From the NCBI GenBank assembly GCA_022605425.2, contig JAKIMF020000001.1, positions 1,798,001 to 1,862,000 on the forward strand: a stretch of 64,000 bases of DNA. Reading direction: 5' to 3'. The notes under the pieces are model-generated. The model made no database searches and was not told the DNA's origin. It saw nothing but the letters and a program-made list of their open reading frames with translations. The stretch is from Hamiltosporidium tvaerminnensis FI-OER-3-3 (lineage: Eukaryota; Fungi; Microsporidia). A program made the translations under genes and the position numbers. This document shows, one piece after another, positions 26,644 through 40,337 of this stretch. How positions within the stretch are numbered: the stretch's first letter is position 1; each line of letters begins with the position of its first letter.

Positions 26644-29600
26644 TTTTAATAAAAATTTCCGAATTAAGATCATTTTCTTCCTCCTCTTGTACCACCATCT
26701 TTTCTTTTTATAAATCCGATTTTTATTTATGCTAATTGTCGCTTCCTCTAGTATGTTTTTCTATTGTGTACTAAAGAATGTGGTATTTTTTGCTCTAACG
26801 TTTTGAGCAACATATTCTTCATTAGGTTTTAAAATGGGATGTTAGTTGCATATGCCTCTCGGCTCCTGAAATGCACCTAATGAAGCTGTCGCCCGGCTCC
26901 CTTCGGCATTTTGTCCTGATTCAAGTCCTCTTTGCCAGTCAAAGAAAATTGTTTAGTCTGTCTTCTTAAATACTATGGGAAGTATATATACCTCTATATC
27001 CTTGGTTATTTGTAATATTTCAATATAAATCGTATCATTTTATCAAAATACTGGCCCAGGCCACCACATAAGAGATTATTTCAACACTATACTTATAAAT
27101 AAAACCTAAATCATTGGGTAGCAGATCAATTTCCCTGAAATTTTCAGTGTTAACTAGTTGAAGTGAATTTTAAGTAATTCCTACTTAAATAGGTGTTATT
27201 TTCTTTTTGCTAGTATATAAAATATATATTTCGGGTCATTTTTTCCGGATTTTGAGATAAGTTTTTATTCTGGTATTTACTTAATATGTGCCTGCTCGTT
27301 TTCGATAATTTCTTAAAGTTAGTGACTACTAATTTGTTTTAAAGACTGAAATTTATTTAGTTAAAAAAAAATCTGCAGGTATATGGCAACTTCATTGAGC
27401 TGTCTTGTATAGTCTTTCCGAACATTTTCTCACATCCAGTTCTAAATGTCTACTGTTTTCTAGACTAGTTGCAGTATTGACGCACACCATCTGCTACCCA
27501 TAATATATTTCTATCCTGAGTATAGCAGAGCATTGCTTAATCAAACGGCCTAATATTTCCTTTTTTACCCATCTTTAAGAGCCACTAAGACTTACAAGCG
27601 CATTTTTTTTTCTTGCATTAATATCTTTGAATGAAGTTTTCTTTTTCTTTTTCCATCTATAATTTAAGTATCTTCTAAAATTTTCCTACTGACTTCTCCT
27701 TCCAACCTTTACTTTACTCTAAGAAGCTTTTTATTAGTACAAGGTGAGTTACATTAGCAAGTCTTTTTTTTAAGATCGCGTCTCGTCTAGTTTATATTAT
27801 TTTGCTTTTTTCCAGGCAATCCAAGATTTACAAAAAGAATGATCGCTCTGACTCTAAACACTATGTAAGCCTCTTCCAAGTTCTGTTCTAGCAAGGTACA
27901 AATACTCTTTAAATCCTGGGTGAGGATGTATCTAATTTTGCACAAAAAAGCCTCCACTGCATCATCCAACTCAGAAAGTGAGTCGGTTTAAGTCCAAGTA
28001 CTCTTATGATATATTTATTAACGACGTCACCTTTTTACAAATTGAATAAGTATTTTTTTGTCGTTTTATCAGTAGACATAGTCGTCTACTCTTGAATCAG
28101 TTTTCTTCGCTCTTCATCAATTGAGCTTCGGTTAAAATTTTTTCTGTTATCTGCATTATTCCTAAATATTTAGGAACGCCAAAATCACTAGTAGAGTAGC
28201 AGTATCTTCGCCGAAGGCATCATTCGATGCCGACTTACCTCTATTTTTCTAAGATATTTTCGTTAAATATTCTTTTACTGCGCCTGTAATAGCTCCTAAT
28301 GTAGAGCTGTTTACTACAAGGAGCCTCAGTGCATCAATAAACAAGAGCTTTTTAGTATTATGAGAATCCGCAGTATTATGTATTGTTACTTTTGTGTGTT
28401 TTTAATTGAGCTTTCGGTTTAAAGCATTCATACATAAACAAACAACAATGGTGAAAAGGTTTTGCTTTGCAAATTCTTGTCTTAATCTTCTTGCTCATGA
28501 TTTTTCAGGCTCTACTGATATATCACTTTTCTATTTTGATATAATTATCTAATAACTTTCAATAATCAAACAGGTAAATAAGGTTTTCAGTGCATTGAGT
28601 CAAAAAAGCATGATTAATTAAGTCATAATCTTTTTTTACAACAAAAATCGTCGCATTCAGATTGTTTACATACACTTTATTAACAGCTAAATTAAATAAG
28701 GCTTACTCATTTGCTTTTTGACCATTTTTTCTGGTTCTAATCGGTTTTCTTCAAGAAAATTTCGTCTCCTCATTGCAAGTTGAATAATCTTCAGCGCACA
28801 TTTTTTTCGTTTACTTATAGAGATTAAACATAAAGTTTATCGGTTTGTAGTTAGAGACTATATGCGTTGTTATTTTCTGTATCAAATACGTAAAACTGCA
28901 GTAAAACCAATCAGCTTAGGGTTTACCTTCTAAAAATATGACTTTTGCAATATCAAAATCATATTTGTGAAGAATTGTAAGTGGTTTGATGAAAAAATTG
29001 TAAATACCATTAAATCCAGCAAGCTTTTATTACAAAAAAAAGTTATGATAATTACAAATTTATCAAGTAAAGGAAACATTATCTGATGATTATCTGATAC
29101 AAATAGAATCAAATAATCATCGTACGGGACAGTTGCATTATTTTTGTTCCACATTATAGAATAAAAGCTAATAATTTCATAACGGCTAAATATATCCTTA
29201 ACGTTGAGACGCACAGATAATGACAATAAAATCAATAGATGAGCAGCTCAAACATACGATTCTCTTTCGGAATGCTTACTTCATTTATCTATCCTAAGTT
29301 TCTTACCACAAAATCTTCATTACTTATTCATTTTAACTATAGCTCGGACAAATCATGGATACAGCTCAAGTTTACATTGCCCTCTCACATGATTTCTGTG
29401 GCTCTTCGTTCTGAAGCAGAACCTCTTTTAGGTCTACGGAATTTTGCGAACAGATCTTTGTTAAATACTGACGCAAAATTTTTACCTTCTAAGTTTTCCT
29501 TCCAAGCGAGTTTAAACTTCTATTTAAGTGTTGCCCCGTCATAGCATACCTGTGCAACTTGTATGGTATGCGCTGTATCTGTAATTGACTCAGGTATATG

Positions 29601-30360
29601 AGCCTATGCATATTCACGGACCGCTCGATTCTTGAGGTCCAGAACTTGACATCAACCAATTAATTTGGATGTTTTGGAGTTCTAGCCAAAACCTTTTCCG
29701 ATTTCCATCAAGATTTCTTTAATTTATTCAAAAATTTATTCTGGACTTTTTGTTACTTAGTATTGTCAGCCGAGAAGCATATACCGATGAAATAAGTGAC
29801 AATTTTACGTCTATTTCTATTGTCTTCCAATTTTAATTCCTTTTACAGCTCATTTTGTGCTAATCTTTTTAACACATCGAGAGTTACAGCGGCTGAATTT
29901 TTCATATAGAACATGTGAAGCTCTGTCCAGATGATTATTGGCATTCTTTCAAATCTTGTCTGTAGAGCAAAAAAAACAATTTGAAGACATTCCTTCGGGT
30001 CGACTGTTACAGAATCGAATATCGTCTGCAATGCCACTGGCCTCTTACCTTCATGAATAGCTAGAGTACGGGGATTTGCCCGTTCTAAAATGGCTCACAC
30101 GATGCGACTTCAGCCGAAGAGTCAAGTGGTGTATTAGGCGAATTTAAGGTTGTAAGTCCACTATTTTACATGTTACTACATGTTTGGCCTGGTGGTGGAT
30201 GTGTGATTTTGTATAGAGGAATAAAGGTAGGCAGAAGTCGGTTGGTGTTGCTCATAGTTTTGCAACACTTTCCCACTTTTATTCACCTCATCAACGTCGT
30301 TTGAAGCTTTTATTCTATTATTTTTTTGTTTTTCGCCCCAACATTTTTCCTTATACTCAT
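26644..30360 (-). mobile_element. Old degenerate full-length R4-like retrotransposon
   Basis: Minus strand begins ATG AGT ATA AGG AAA AAT GTT (compare ATG GGT AGA AAG AAA AAT GTT); fragments 29843..30037, 28930..29235 and 27787..27969 match the young copies; 3' end near 26644. Confidence 0.9.
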
Positions 30361-30559
30361 TATTTTATTTTTACAAATTTGTACAAATAAATATATTTAG
30401 TTTACTATATGTCTTATAAAACTATCAAAAACATTATAGCTTTAAATAAATTTTTCATATACAATTTATCAAATATCTGTCATATTTACGCAAATAAAGT
30501 TTGTCTGTAATTTTACCACTTTTTTTTGAAATTGATCCTAATATTTTCTTAAATTCTTT

Positions 30560-30591
30560 TTATTGAGCATTTATTTTTTACCCATAAAATG
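30560..30591 (+). promoter_or_regulatory. Microsporidian-type proximal promoter: T-rich tract + CCC motif 5 nt before ATG; empty target site of R4 copy 2
   Basis: ttattgagcatttattttttaCCCataaaATG. Confidence 0.6.
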
Positions 30592-33500
30592 ACGCATTTA
30601 CTAAATTCTTTAATTTCACAAACCAATGTTCTATTCTCAAAAAAAGAAGATGAGGTAACTTGGCAAAAGATTAACATGTCTTTTGAACAGTCTAAAACGC
30701 TAACCGAGTCTGATTTTTTACAATTTTTGATTCAAACAAAAGATATAGTTGTTCGATCTATGGCAAGTGAAAGATCTAAATTAAGTGGTACAACGCTATC
30801 TCTGTTAAACAATGCCATAATTATTATTTCCAAAGAAAAAAATAATGAAATTGTGACAAAAATATTTTCTTTTTTAGATTCGATTCTTCCCACACTTATA
30901 AAACTCACAGGAAAGAGTAATAAGGTAATATGTACACGCGCAGAATGTACTTTAATAGAAATGGGTAAGGTCTTGTCACTTACAAGACATATATCCTTGC
31001 TTAAAGATTCTTTATCTTCAATTTCTAAAAATATTCGGTTGGGTGTTTATAAATTGTTAGAAAGCAATTATAATTATTTTTATTTGAAAAATAAAAGCAT
31101 AAACGAAAATTATTTTAAAGATTTTATTCCATTAATAATGAAAGGAAAATCAGATGTCAATTTTGAAATAAGAGATTTGTGCAAGCGAATGTGTCATTTG
31201 ATTAAAGAGAGGGAAGATATCATAGTGGAAGATAATGAAGAAAGCAAAGCTCCATTTTCTATTGGAAGCAAGCCACGTGTGTATAGGCCACCGCAATTTA
31301 TTCAAAGAGAAATCAAATCTGGAATTGAAGAAAAAAATACAAAAAAAGAAATTAAGTTACCGAGCAATTATATTAACAGTTATTCGTTTCCACAAAGAAA
31401 TGCAGGATTTAAAGTGTCTAATGATGTAAACATAATGGATTTTAAAGGATTCAATAACAGTGGGAACAGTACAGTTATTAATAATATTTTTAATTCAAAT
31501 TCAATGTTTGTCAGTCAAAATTCATGTAAAATAAGAAAAGACGAAAATTTAAAAAAAACGAATGAAGAAAAAAATTTTAGAGGTGAAAACATAAATAAAA
31601 ATATTTCTTTGAATGAAAAATGTAAATATGATACAAGAAAACAGTTGTTTGAAGGCAAGTTTGCTGTTATGAATAAAAATGTAAAACATGTTATGCCCTA
31701 TTCCCCGTTCAAAAAGCAGCCTAAAATAGTCACAAAAAGAGAAAATAATTTCCAGAATTTTGAATTTAAGAAAAAAGAAACAGGTGAACACGCTGAGATA
31801 GATTCAAAACCGTTTAACAACTTTTCAAATCATCTTTCTTTGATTAAATCAGAAAAAAATGTTTCAAATGAAAATAAACAAGTTGCTGTATCAGAATTAT
31901 GTTTTAAAAACTATGAATCGGGTGTTGATCGTCAACAAAGTATTCATAGTTTTAGTAATACAAATGATTCTCAAAAAGAAGAGAAACTTTCGAAAGTCGA
32001 AAAAAAATCAGATAAAAATATTTTTAATAAATTTATTTCTGATAATGCGCTGAATAAAGAAACGGAAGGCAATGATTCATTTACAGAAATGAAATCATTT
32101 AAACTTAAAAATTATTTAGAAGATTTTGAAAATGATACTGATGACAAAAAATTAAATGATTCTATTTATGAAAAATTCGGAATAAAAGTGGATTTTCAAA
32201 AGAATCCGGAAGCTTCTGATTCTTTTATTAACGAAGAAGAAATAAAAATTAAACCGCCTGTTGAAAAACGTGATGAATCATATAAAAGTAAAACGGCTAC
32301 AGCCTTACCTTTAGAAGGTTTGAAATTTGATAAAGAACTTGCTTTTGTTGAAACAGATTCTAATAATTCAAAACCAGATTTGAATGTTCCTAAAGCTAAT
32401 GCCATTATTGAAGTTTTTAACTATGATAATGAAAAAAATAGTTCTTCTGTTAGCATTGGAATTTCTCATACAAACAGAAACATTTCATCAATCTCGTTTC
32501 CTCGCAGTGCTTTTGTAGAATCTAATAATTATTTTGAGGATGAGTTAAAAATTGAGCGGATTAAAGATCATGAGAATATCTTAGAGTCTAGTAAGAGTTT
32601 AGGTACGAATAATTTGTATGAAGACAATCAACAGACGGATCCCAATAAAGAATATGAAGCGAATAAAAATCATGATTCAAATTTAAAAAATAATAATGAT
32701 TTCCATCTCGAAGATGCGCAATTTGATGCAGAGCCATTTGAAGCAAAGCATTTAATATATGAAGAAAATTCTGTTGAAAAGCCAGAAAATACAAGCATGA
32801 ATTCTATTGTTGCAGATCAGGAAGATAAAAATTTTGAATCGATTTGTTCGCCAAAAAATAAGCACGAAGAAATTAATCATGATAAAGATATAAATGAAGA
32901 AGTTTTAAAAATCGAGCAATTTAATGAGGAAAAGCAAAAAAGTTTTTTAGAAAACGAAATTGTTTTGTCATCAAAAATGGGGCGAATGTCTTTGGATAAA
33001 AATGAGAGAATTCTTATTGAAGACGAAACAGATTTGATAGATAATTTTAATGACAATGACACGAGGTTAGAAAATGATAAAGCCGGAAGGCCTAGTATTG
33101 CTTCGCGCCTTTCAAATGAGAAAAGACCTGAAGAAGAACAATATTTCGAAATTTATGATTCGACCGATCGTGATTTAGATTCGGATCAAAAAAATAGTGT
33201 TGATCACGAAAACTTGGATTCTATGAAAATTGTAGAAAAAACGGAAGAAATTGATATAGAAAATTCCATTTTAGTTCCAGAAAACAATAAAATAGTAAAT
33301 AATAAAAATACTGATGTTTCTTTGGATTTTTCGTTTAAAGAAAGTTCACTCGGTAGTATAAATTTAGGAGACAATGACTTACCGAGTCAGAATTGTTTTT
33401 TAGTAGATTCTAATAAAAATGAGGAAATGAACGATTCTACTTCGAAAGAAGATTCGGATGGATGGGAATGCACAGAATATTGCTTAGAAGATAAAAAAGA

Positions 33501-34083
33501 GGACAGTGAAAACAACGAAATTTCAAATACAGGAAAATTAGATAGAAATTTTGATACCGAGAATTCAGTGTTAGAAGCCAAAAGTAATATTTCAGAAGAA
33601 AAACAAATCAAAGATTGTACATCAAAAAGTAAGAATAAATATTCGGCTTTTGCGTTTATCGACAATATTTTTTCAGTGGATTCCAAAGAAACAATCATTA
33701 AAGAGAATAAAGAAACTACAAAAGATTCTATTTTATTAGAAGATTGTTTATTTGAAAATAATAATTTTGTAAATGAACAACAATCTTTACAAAATATAAG
33801 TATTATATCTGAAGGTATGGAGCAAAAAGATAAAACAGTTATTTCAAGAGATAATACTTCCCTATCGGATGAACCAATATATGTGGTTTTGGAAAAGACA
33901 CAGGATGCTGAAATTAGTGATGATGATTGTCTAACTGATGATTCCAAACAAATTTCTTCTTCTAATCGAACAAGCAATGAGTCGTTTAATTCAAACGATT
34001 TTACAAAATTGGATTCACAAATATATGCAAATAAAAATGCATTTACAAAGAAAAAAGAAGAAGATGAAATTAATGAAGAGTAA
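30589..34083 (+). CDS. STU1: CLASP/Stu1-like microtubule-associated protein (N-terminal CLASP_N/TOG HEAT domain, long acidic low-complexity tail)
   Basis: EDEVTWQKI...SERSKLSGT...ILPTLIKLTGKSNKVI...SKNIR...GKSDVNFEIR fits the CLASP_N pattern; intact 1164-aa ORF. Confidence 0.72.
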   Translation: MTHLLNSLISQTNVLFSKKEDEVTWQKINMSFEQSKTLTESDFLQFLIQTKDIVVRSMASERSKLSGTTLSLLNNAIIIISKEKNNEIVTKIFSFLDSILPTLIKLTGKSNKVICTRAECTLIEMGKVLSLTRHISLLKDSLSSISKNIRLGVYKLLESNYNYFYLKNKSINENYFKDFIPLIMKGKSDVNFEIRDLCKRMCHLIKEREDIIVEDNEESKAPFSIGSKPRVYRPPQFIQREIKSGIEEKNTKKEIKLPSNYINSYSFPQRNAGFKVSNDVNIMDFKGFNNSGNSTVINNIFNSNSMFVSQNSCKIRKDENLKKTNEEKNFRGENINKNISLNEKCKYDTRKQLFEGKFAVMNKNVKHVMPYSPFKKQPKIVTKRENNFQNFEFKKKETGEHAEIDSKPFNNFSNHLSLIKSEKNVSNENKQVAVSELCFKNYESGVDRQQSIHSFSNTNDSQKEEKLSKVEKKSDKNIFNKFISDNALNKETEGNDSFTEMKSFKLKNYLEDFENDTDDKKLNDSIYEKFGIKVDFQKNPEASDSFINEEEIKIKPPVEKRDESYKSKTATALPLEGLKFDKELAFVETDSNNSKPDLNVPKANAIIEVFNYDNEKNSSSVSIGISHTNRNISSISFPRSAFVESNNYFEDELKIERIKDHENILESSKSLGTNNLYEDNQQTDPNKEYEANKNHDSNLKNNNDFHLEDAQFDAEPFEAKHLIYEENSVEKPENTSMNSIVADQEDKNFESICSPKNKHEEINHDKDINEEVLKIEQFNEEKQKSFLENEIVLSSKMGRMSLDKNERILIEDETDLIDNFNDNDTRLENDKAGRPSIASRLSNEKRPEEEQYFEIYDSTDRDLDSDQKNSVDHENLDSMKIVEKTEEIDIENSILVPENNKIVNNKNTDVSLDFSFKESSLGSINLGDNDLPSQNCFLVDSNKNEEMNDSTSKEDSDGWECTEYCLEDKKEDSENNEISNTGKLDRNFDTENSVLEAKSNISEEKQIKDCTSKSKNKYSAFAFIDNIFSVDSKETIIKENKETTKDSILLEDCLFENNNFVNEQQSLQNISIISEGMEQKDKTVISRDNTSLSDEPIYVVLEKTQDAEISDDDCLTDDSKQISSSNRTSNESFNSNDFTKLDSQIYANKNAFTKKKEEDEINEE

Positions 34084-35306
34084 CTCTTTATAGTGGTTTT
34101 AATAAATATTTTATAGTTATTTTGTTTATTGTTAGTGCTTCATTTTCAGATAAAATTGATTTGTTTAAGTAAAAAATTTAATGACTATTTTTGAAGGAAT
34201 ATGTTTAAAGAATTTCTATCTTAAAAAAATTAATTAATTTTTTTTATTTCTTAATATTTTTAATTTATCACAGAAACTAATTTATTAATTAAGTAAAAAC
34301 TGTTTCGTGCAATCAAAGCACAATCTTATCTCGATTATATTATTTTTTTAATATTTTATTAGTTAATTGATAATAAAATATATTACAATAGGCAAAAAAG
34401 TGAAATATAAATCCGAGCAATAAACTTGGATTTCTTTGTTTCTTCTATAAATATATTTTGATTTATAACTTCAAATTACACTATTTGAAGCAATAAAAAC
34501 GATTATTAAACAATGCGCAACATTTCAAAAAAAATGTCGCGATATGATTTGAATAGACGTGAAAAAAATTATTTTGTCTTCAAACTCTTTTTTAAATATT
34601 TGAAATCTATCAATTGATCAACATCAGTACTTTACACTTGATCCAGAAGTTCTTCTAATATTAATTTCTTTATAAAATTATTCAGATATGTTTTTTATTA
34701 GTTTAGACTAAAACCCCGGGTGATATTTCATTTTATATTAAATCTAGTTTGGGCCTATTTCAGAAAATCAATCTCCTGGTTTCTACAGATACTATTTTTT
34801 TTGTCTATTTCTAACATTTGTTAGGTGTAGGGAAACTATCGCAGTATAAAGGTGTGTTTTGGAGTCAGTCAATCATTTCGGAAAACTACAATCATTCACC
34901 TTTGTATAACTTTGCTTTCTTTAATATAAAACATATAAAAGTTGGAAATAATTTTATTTAATTTACAACCAATTAAACTGAAAAGTGGGACATTCATTGT
35001 ATTTTTAATAACATGTAATGACATAAAACCCAGAGGATTTCGCTATTTCGCTTCAATTATCTTGATTTAGGGTTTTCGGTTTCTATTCAATTACACCGAG
35101 ATCGCTGAAATTATATTAAATTACATACAGTTTTTTTCTAAAAGATTCGAATCATATATAAAAAAATATTTAGTGAGCTATTTATATAGATGTTATTATG
35201 CTAAGCATCGATTTGAGGAGCAATAACTAAGCATAACTTTCTTTAATCCAAAGAGTTTGCAAAAAAAACAATATATTAAATAATATAACTAAACGATTTA
35301 ACGATA

Positions 35307-36465
35307 ATAAAATATAAACGATTTTTTTGAACTTTTTATTGATTCTATAAATTTCTCATTAATGAAACGATAATCAACGTGTTTCTTTCATAGAACTTTA
35401 TTTGCTAACAGGGACAGTTTTTACGGGGTTATCCAGCCCCAACACTTATATATTAAGCTCAGATTCTTCATTATGTTCTAAAATAGCTTTATAATAAAGA
35501 TATTTTTCTGGATATTTAAACATTTCAATATATACATCGATGTTTAAAACCCAATACTGCTCAAATGCATTCATTGGTATTTTCTTTGAATCTATAAATA
35601 AGTATTGTAATATTGAAACCAAAGCATTTATAACCAAAAATACTTCTACAATATATAAGGTAATATAGAAGGAACTATGGAAGTAATATATCACTTGATT
35701 ACAAGATGATCTCATTGTTATAAAGTAAAGATGTGAGTCATAATATATTTCTAAGATGGCTTGAACGAGTATGAAGAAGAGGATGACAGATAATGTTTTC
35801 ATAAACAAACAATGTTATTCATTCTTTTATAATAAAAATTGTAAACAAGTTTCATGTTTTCTTATCAAATAAACAAATACAAAAATCAGATTTTAGAAAA
35901 ATTAAACAAAGAATATTTTGATTAGTTTATTTGAAATAATATCTGAATTGATTATTTAAGAGTTTAATATTACTTTTCATCAATCCCAATAATAATGTAA
36001 AATTCAAGAAATGACTTTTCTTAACCAATAATTTAATAGCAGAATTATGCTAGCTTATATTTTTAGATAAATATTTTAGTTTGAACAACTAATTTCAGCG
36101 CTAAAAATGTTTACTTAAATGGTAAAAAGCGGAGAGTATAGAAGGCTTGAAATAAAAAAATTTGTGCTGTAAAAAGGGATAATATTTCATTTAATTTTTT
36201 TGAATTCGAAGCATATTTTATTTTTTTAAGAAATTAAAAAGGACTGATAATCAAATTTTACTAAATGCTTAAGGGAATGTAAAATATACTAAGAAGCCGA
36301 ATGAAAATGAATTGCTTTAAGAAATAGAAAATGCGATATATTAAGCTGCTTGAATTAATTGCTTAAAGGATAATTTATCGATTTAATCCTTAATTTATTA
36401 GATAAATCATATTAGATTAGGAATTAATATTTCCATTGAAATTTAGAACGTTATTTAAAAAAGAA
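35307..36465 (-). repeat. Left arm of palindrome 2 (partner 41361..42518)
   Basis: Reverse complement of 41361..42518; homologous to 8745..9894 and 14790..15940. Confidence 0.93.
35446..35802 (-). CDS. 118-aa putative secreted/membrane protein, multicopy family
   Basis: Intact ORF, variant LVQA/YLFIDS/NID/KYLYYKAI. Confidence 0.55.
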   Translation of the reverse strand: MKTLSVILFFILVQAILEIYYDSHLYFITMRSSCNQVIYYFHSSFYITLYIVEVFLVINALVSILQYLFIDSKKIPMNAFEQYWVLNIDVYIEMFKYPEKYLYYKAILEHNEESELNI

Positions 36466-37879
36466 TGGATAGTGAATTTTTAAGGCTGTTAGCTTTTTTT
36501 GTAAGTGTTTCTTATGTAGCTCTCGAGGTAAAAACTAGACAGAATATATGAAAATGATATTCCATGCCTATATGAATATCTCATTACAAAGCCTCGCCTT
36601 TAATTTGATGAACTTGAATTCATTTAGAAATAGATTTTCAATAACTGCATATTTGATGATTTTTTTCAAAACGAAAATTTAAATACTAATAACAAATAAT
36701 ACATTTTGTGTAAAACCAATATCTTCTAGAAAATGTATATATTTAAAAATACCCATAAATAATTGACAACGTGTGCCCGATATTAGACTATAGCTTATTG
36801 GAAGAAGTTAAAGCGAAGATTAATTAAAAGTTTAGATATAAAATAAGTGTAAATTAAATGCAAAAAATATTTTAACCTTTTTAGATTATTAAGTTCTTCG
36901 ATTTATCTATATAATAAAAGAAAATCATTCAAACTAGTATTTAACTTGGTTTGTTCTGTATCGAAATGAAATATGATACACATTCACCGGAATGGTGGTT
37001 TCATCCTTCTGCCTGATATGAATTGCAAGAAACTGGCTATGCTGTCTTACAAACGAACATCGCCTTAAAAATTATTAGTATCAGGATCAATAAAAAAATA
37101 TAAAGCGAATAGGAGGAATTCGGAATGTAAAATAATCATAATATTTTTTTTTGATAGATGAGAAGCAAATCCAAATACATTTCAGATAAAAACATAAGTT
37201 TAAACGAAAAGTAAAAAATATAAATTACAAAACGTATATGACGAAATAAAAAAACTATTAATCACAGCCAAGCTCAAAAGATTCAAATTATGAACCTTTT
37301 TTAAGTGATTTCTAGTGATTTAAGAAATGAAATATATGGCCACTCCAACAAACCTTTGTGAATTATATCAAGATATAAATCTATTAGCGATTGATGAAGG
37401 AAATTTCAAATTAGCGAGCTCTAAAATTAGTAGGATTTTAGACTACACGCAAAAAGAACTAAATGATACAATAATATTAGGCTTTACAACGTAGGATTCG
37501 ATCAACGCCTCTGGTTTCGCTAAAACAATATATTTTATTCTTTTAAACAAATTAGGAATTTTAAATTTAAATAAAGTGAAAAAACAAGAGTAACACCAGG
37601 ATTAAAAAATTTCCAAAAATTAGAACGATAGACCCGATATTTTATTTCAGATTAGCATGTAAACATGAGAAAAATTTAAGCTACAATCAGTTTCAAAGAC
37701 TTATTTTAAAAGTTTGAATATTAAACCTAAGATGCAGCTTTTTAAATCAATTTGGATTATTTATAGGTATGATTTTAGCATAATTAATTGTTTTATAACG
37801 TAATACTATGTTGTTTAAAAATAGCAAAGCTTTATTCTAAATATTTAAGTAATAATATAATAATATATATTTGGTAAGT

Positions 37880-38608
37880 AAAAGTTGAGAGAAAATAACC
37901 ACATAAAAAACCATCTGCCTGGTAATGAGTATGTGAAATAGGTGTGAAGATTATTGTTTGGATTTTGTGGAAATAAAACTACACTACATTTTCGGTTGTT
38001 CCATTAGAGTTTGGATGAGGAGGGAAAGGTCTACGAAATGGCGAAACTTTTCTTTAAAATTTATTTGCATTTTTTTACTTAACTAAATCCAAGGCTGTGG
38101 CTGAACTTGTGGGTAATTGCCATGTAAAATCTTGGAAACCTAGCCTTGCTCATTCGGGTTAGAAGAATTTGCGCCTGGAAGATATAAAAACAAAACCCTT
38201 TAAAGCCGAAAAAGCTTAGTTGTCAGTTATACCTGTTGCTATGACATTGCACTACCTAAGTGGACATCATGCAAATCGGCAAGATATATCTTAGCTAGAA
38301 GTCAATTAAATCAGTGAAATGTACAGTAAATTGGAATGCTGCATAGTCTCAGAGGTGTGAATGGGTTTTGACGTACGATAACACACCATGCAACGAACAT
38401 TAAAGAACTTCGGGCAACAGCCATCTTATTTTTTGGGTTCTACGCACCTTTTAGATTAAATGCTTTGAAATTTACGTATCTTAGGGGGTACTGATAGATC
38501 CATGAGGGATCAGTTATATATTTTAAACTTAGAACTGCGTTAATGTCATGAAAACAATATAAATCTTGCCTTCGTTTTTTTTTAAAGGCATGATATTTTT
38601 AAATAGAG
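37880..38608 (+). mobile_element. ~730-nt non-coding retroposon, old copy duplicated with the spacer
   Basis: TSD atttggtaagt 37869..37879 and atttggtaggt 38609..38619. Confidence 0.85.
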
Positions 38609-40337
38609 ATTTGGTAGGTTATCTGAAATAAAAAATCAAAATATTTTCTTCAATAACACAATAGAGAGATTCAAAACCAAAATTTGTTATAGGATAGGAA
38701 AAAAACATACACCAATTCTATGAGAAGAGCCAAGTCCCATGAAGACTATATGTTAAAAGACAACACGGTAAATAAAACTAGAAATTTAAAGTATGTAATC
38801 ATGTAAGCATAATTTAAAGGAAAAATCAAGCTGCAAACATTTTTTTTTATTTCGTTTTAATTTAATTAAAGATATTAAAAAATATATTAAAAATGTTTTA
38901 AGGTATAAAATAATTATAGACACCCAAAATTCACCAAATAGTCTCTACCAAAGAAAAATTAATTCTGGGTTTCATCATTTGATCTAAAGCCGTGAATATA
39001 TTGCTTTAAGATCGATAAATTTAGGCCTTTACTATTTAATACATATTGAAAAAATTTCTACATTACATCTAATGTTTTTCATCTACATCTGAATTCTTTT
39101 GAATAATGTGCAAAGAAATTAAACACGAGTTTAATTTTGAACACAATAGCAGGTTTATAATGCAATCCAACACAGTTCTCATGGCTATTTGCGTTGAGGA
39201 ACAGTGATTGGATTGCAAATAATATTCTTGTATTCAAATATATTAAAATTAATCTATTTATTTGATTACCGTGGTTTCATTGATTATTATTTTGATATTT
39301 TATTTAATCATCAAAAATATATTTTAATCGATTAGAATTATAGAAAAAATATAGTCATAAATTATAAATGATAGTTTAGAATAAGTCGTATATTCTTTTA
39401 ATTCTGAAATACTCTTCTACATTAATTAATTCACCCTTCTATACTAATGTTCGCGTAACATTGTATTTGGTTTTATGTCTTAGATTCAAAACCCGAAAGA
39501 TATTGTAGTCTAGGAAATTTTCTATTATATAGAAATGGATTGAATGATTCATGTTTTATGTATGTATCATTTAGCTTATATCAAGATTCTCCTGGGTCTT
39601 CCCAGGCTAAGGACTTAATTTGTATTTGTTTATATTTTCTATTCTTTTCGTGAATTAAAATAGATTGTTTAAAGGTCTTTTTCATTATTTTCTATTAGTA
39701 AAAGTTTCTTTCTTTACAAATACGTGAATATTTCCAGGGCAAATCTTGAGAGATTTGGTATTCTCTTACTCATTTTTTTATAAAAAAATATCATATGTAA
39801 ACTATATTCTAAACTAAGATTCAACAAGGCGCACAAGTACGCGATTCTTTGGTTTCTGGCTTCTTATATTTTTTGAAGCGACCCCTGAAATCTTTTTTTG
39901 GGTAAATAAACTATATTGGCTTTCATAAAAAATCAAAATTCCATTATTCTAAATTTAGAACTTTTATAATCATGTAGAATTTTCTCGCTTTCACATACTC
40001 CCTTTGAACAATATTTTTAAATATATGGTTTTAAATTCGTTTTTTCGACTTAAAATCGTATTTTTTATAAAAAAAAATGAATTTATTCTATAATTTATAT
40101 AGTATTTCGAATGTTTTGGTCCCATATATGTGTTTTAATATCGATAACTTAGAATTCTCTTATATTAAACGATTAAAAATGGTTGAAACCTTATACCTGC
40201 TGTTCAAAGTACATTTTGATTTCAAATACAATATAATTTCGCTTTGAAAGTGCCCGATTGTTTCAGATATATATCATTTTGCAGAATAATAACTTTGAAA
40301 GGTTGTTCGCAAGCAAATAATTTTCTATAAAATTACT

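Larger units (their letters stand above)
14790..32811 (+). repeat. Direct segmental duplication, unit 1 (partner 41361..64000); 14790..20824 is also the right arm of the large inverted repeat
   Basis: Same order of ORF, Tc1, ORF, LRR, old R4, CLASP with offset ~27.4 kb (20639/48010, 22882/50260, 25241/52618). Confidence 0.95.

Noticed and set aside
31235-33977. Small overlapping or antisense ORFs within CLASP, LRR and retrotransposon genes
   Set aside because: Expected shadow ORFs of long AT-rich coding sequence
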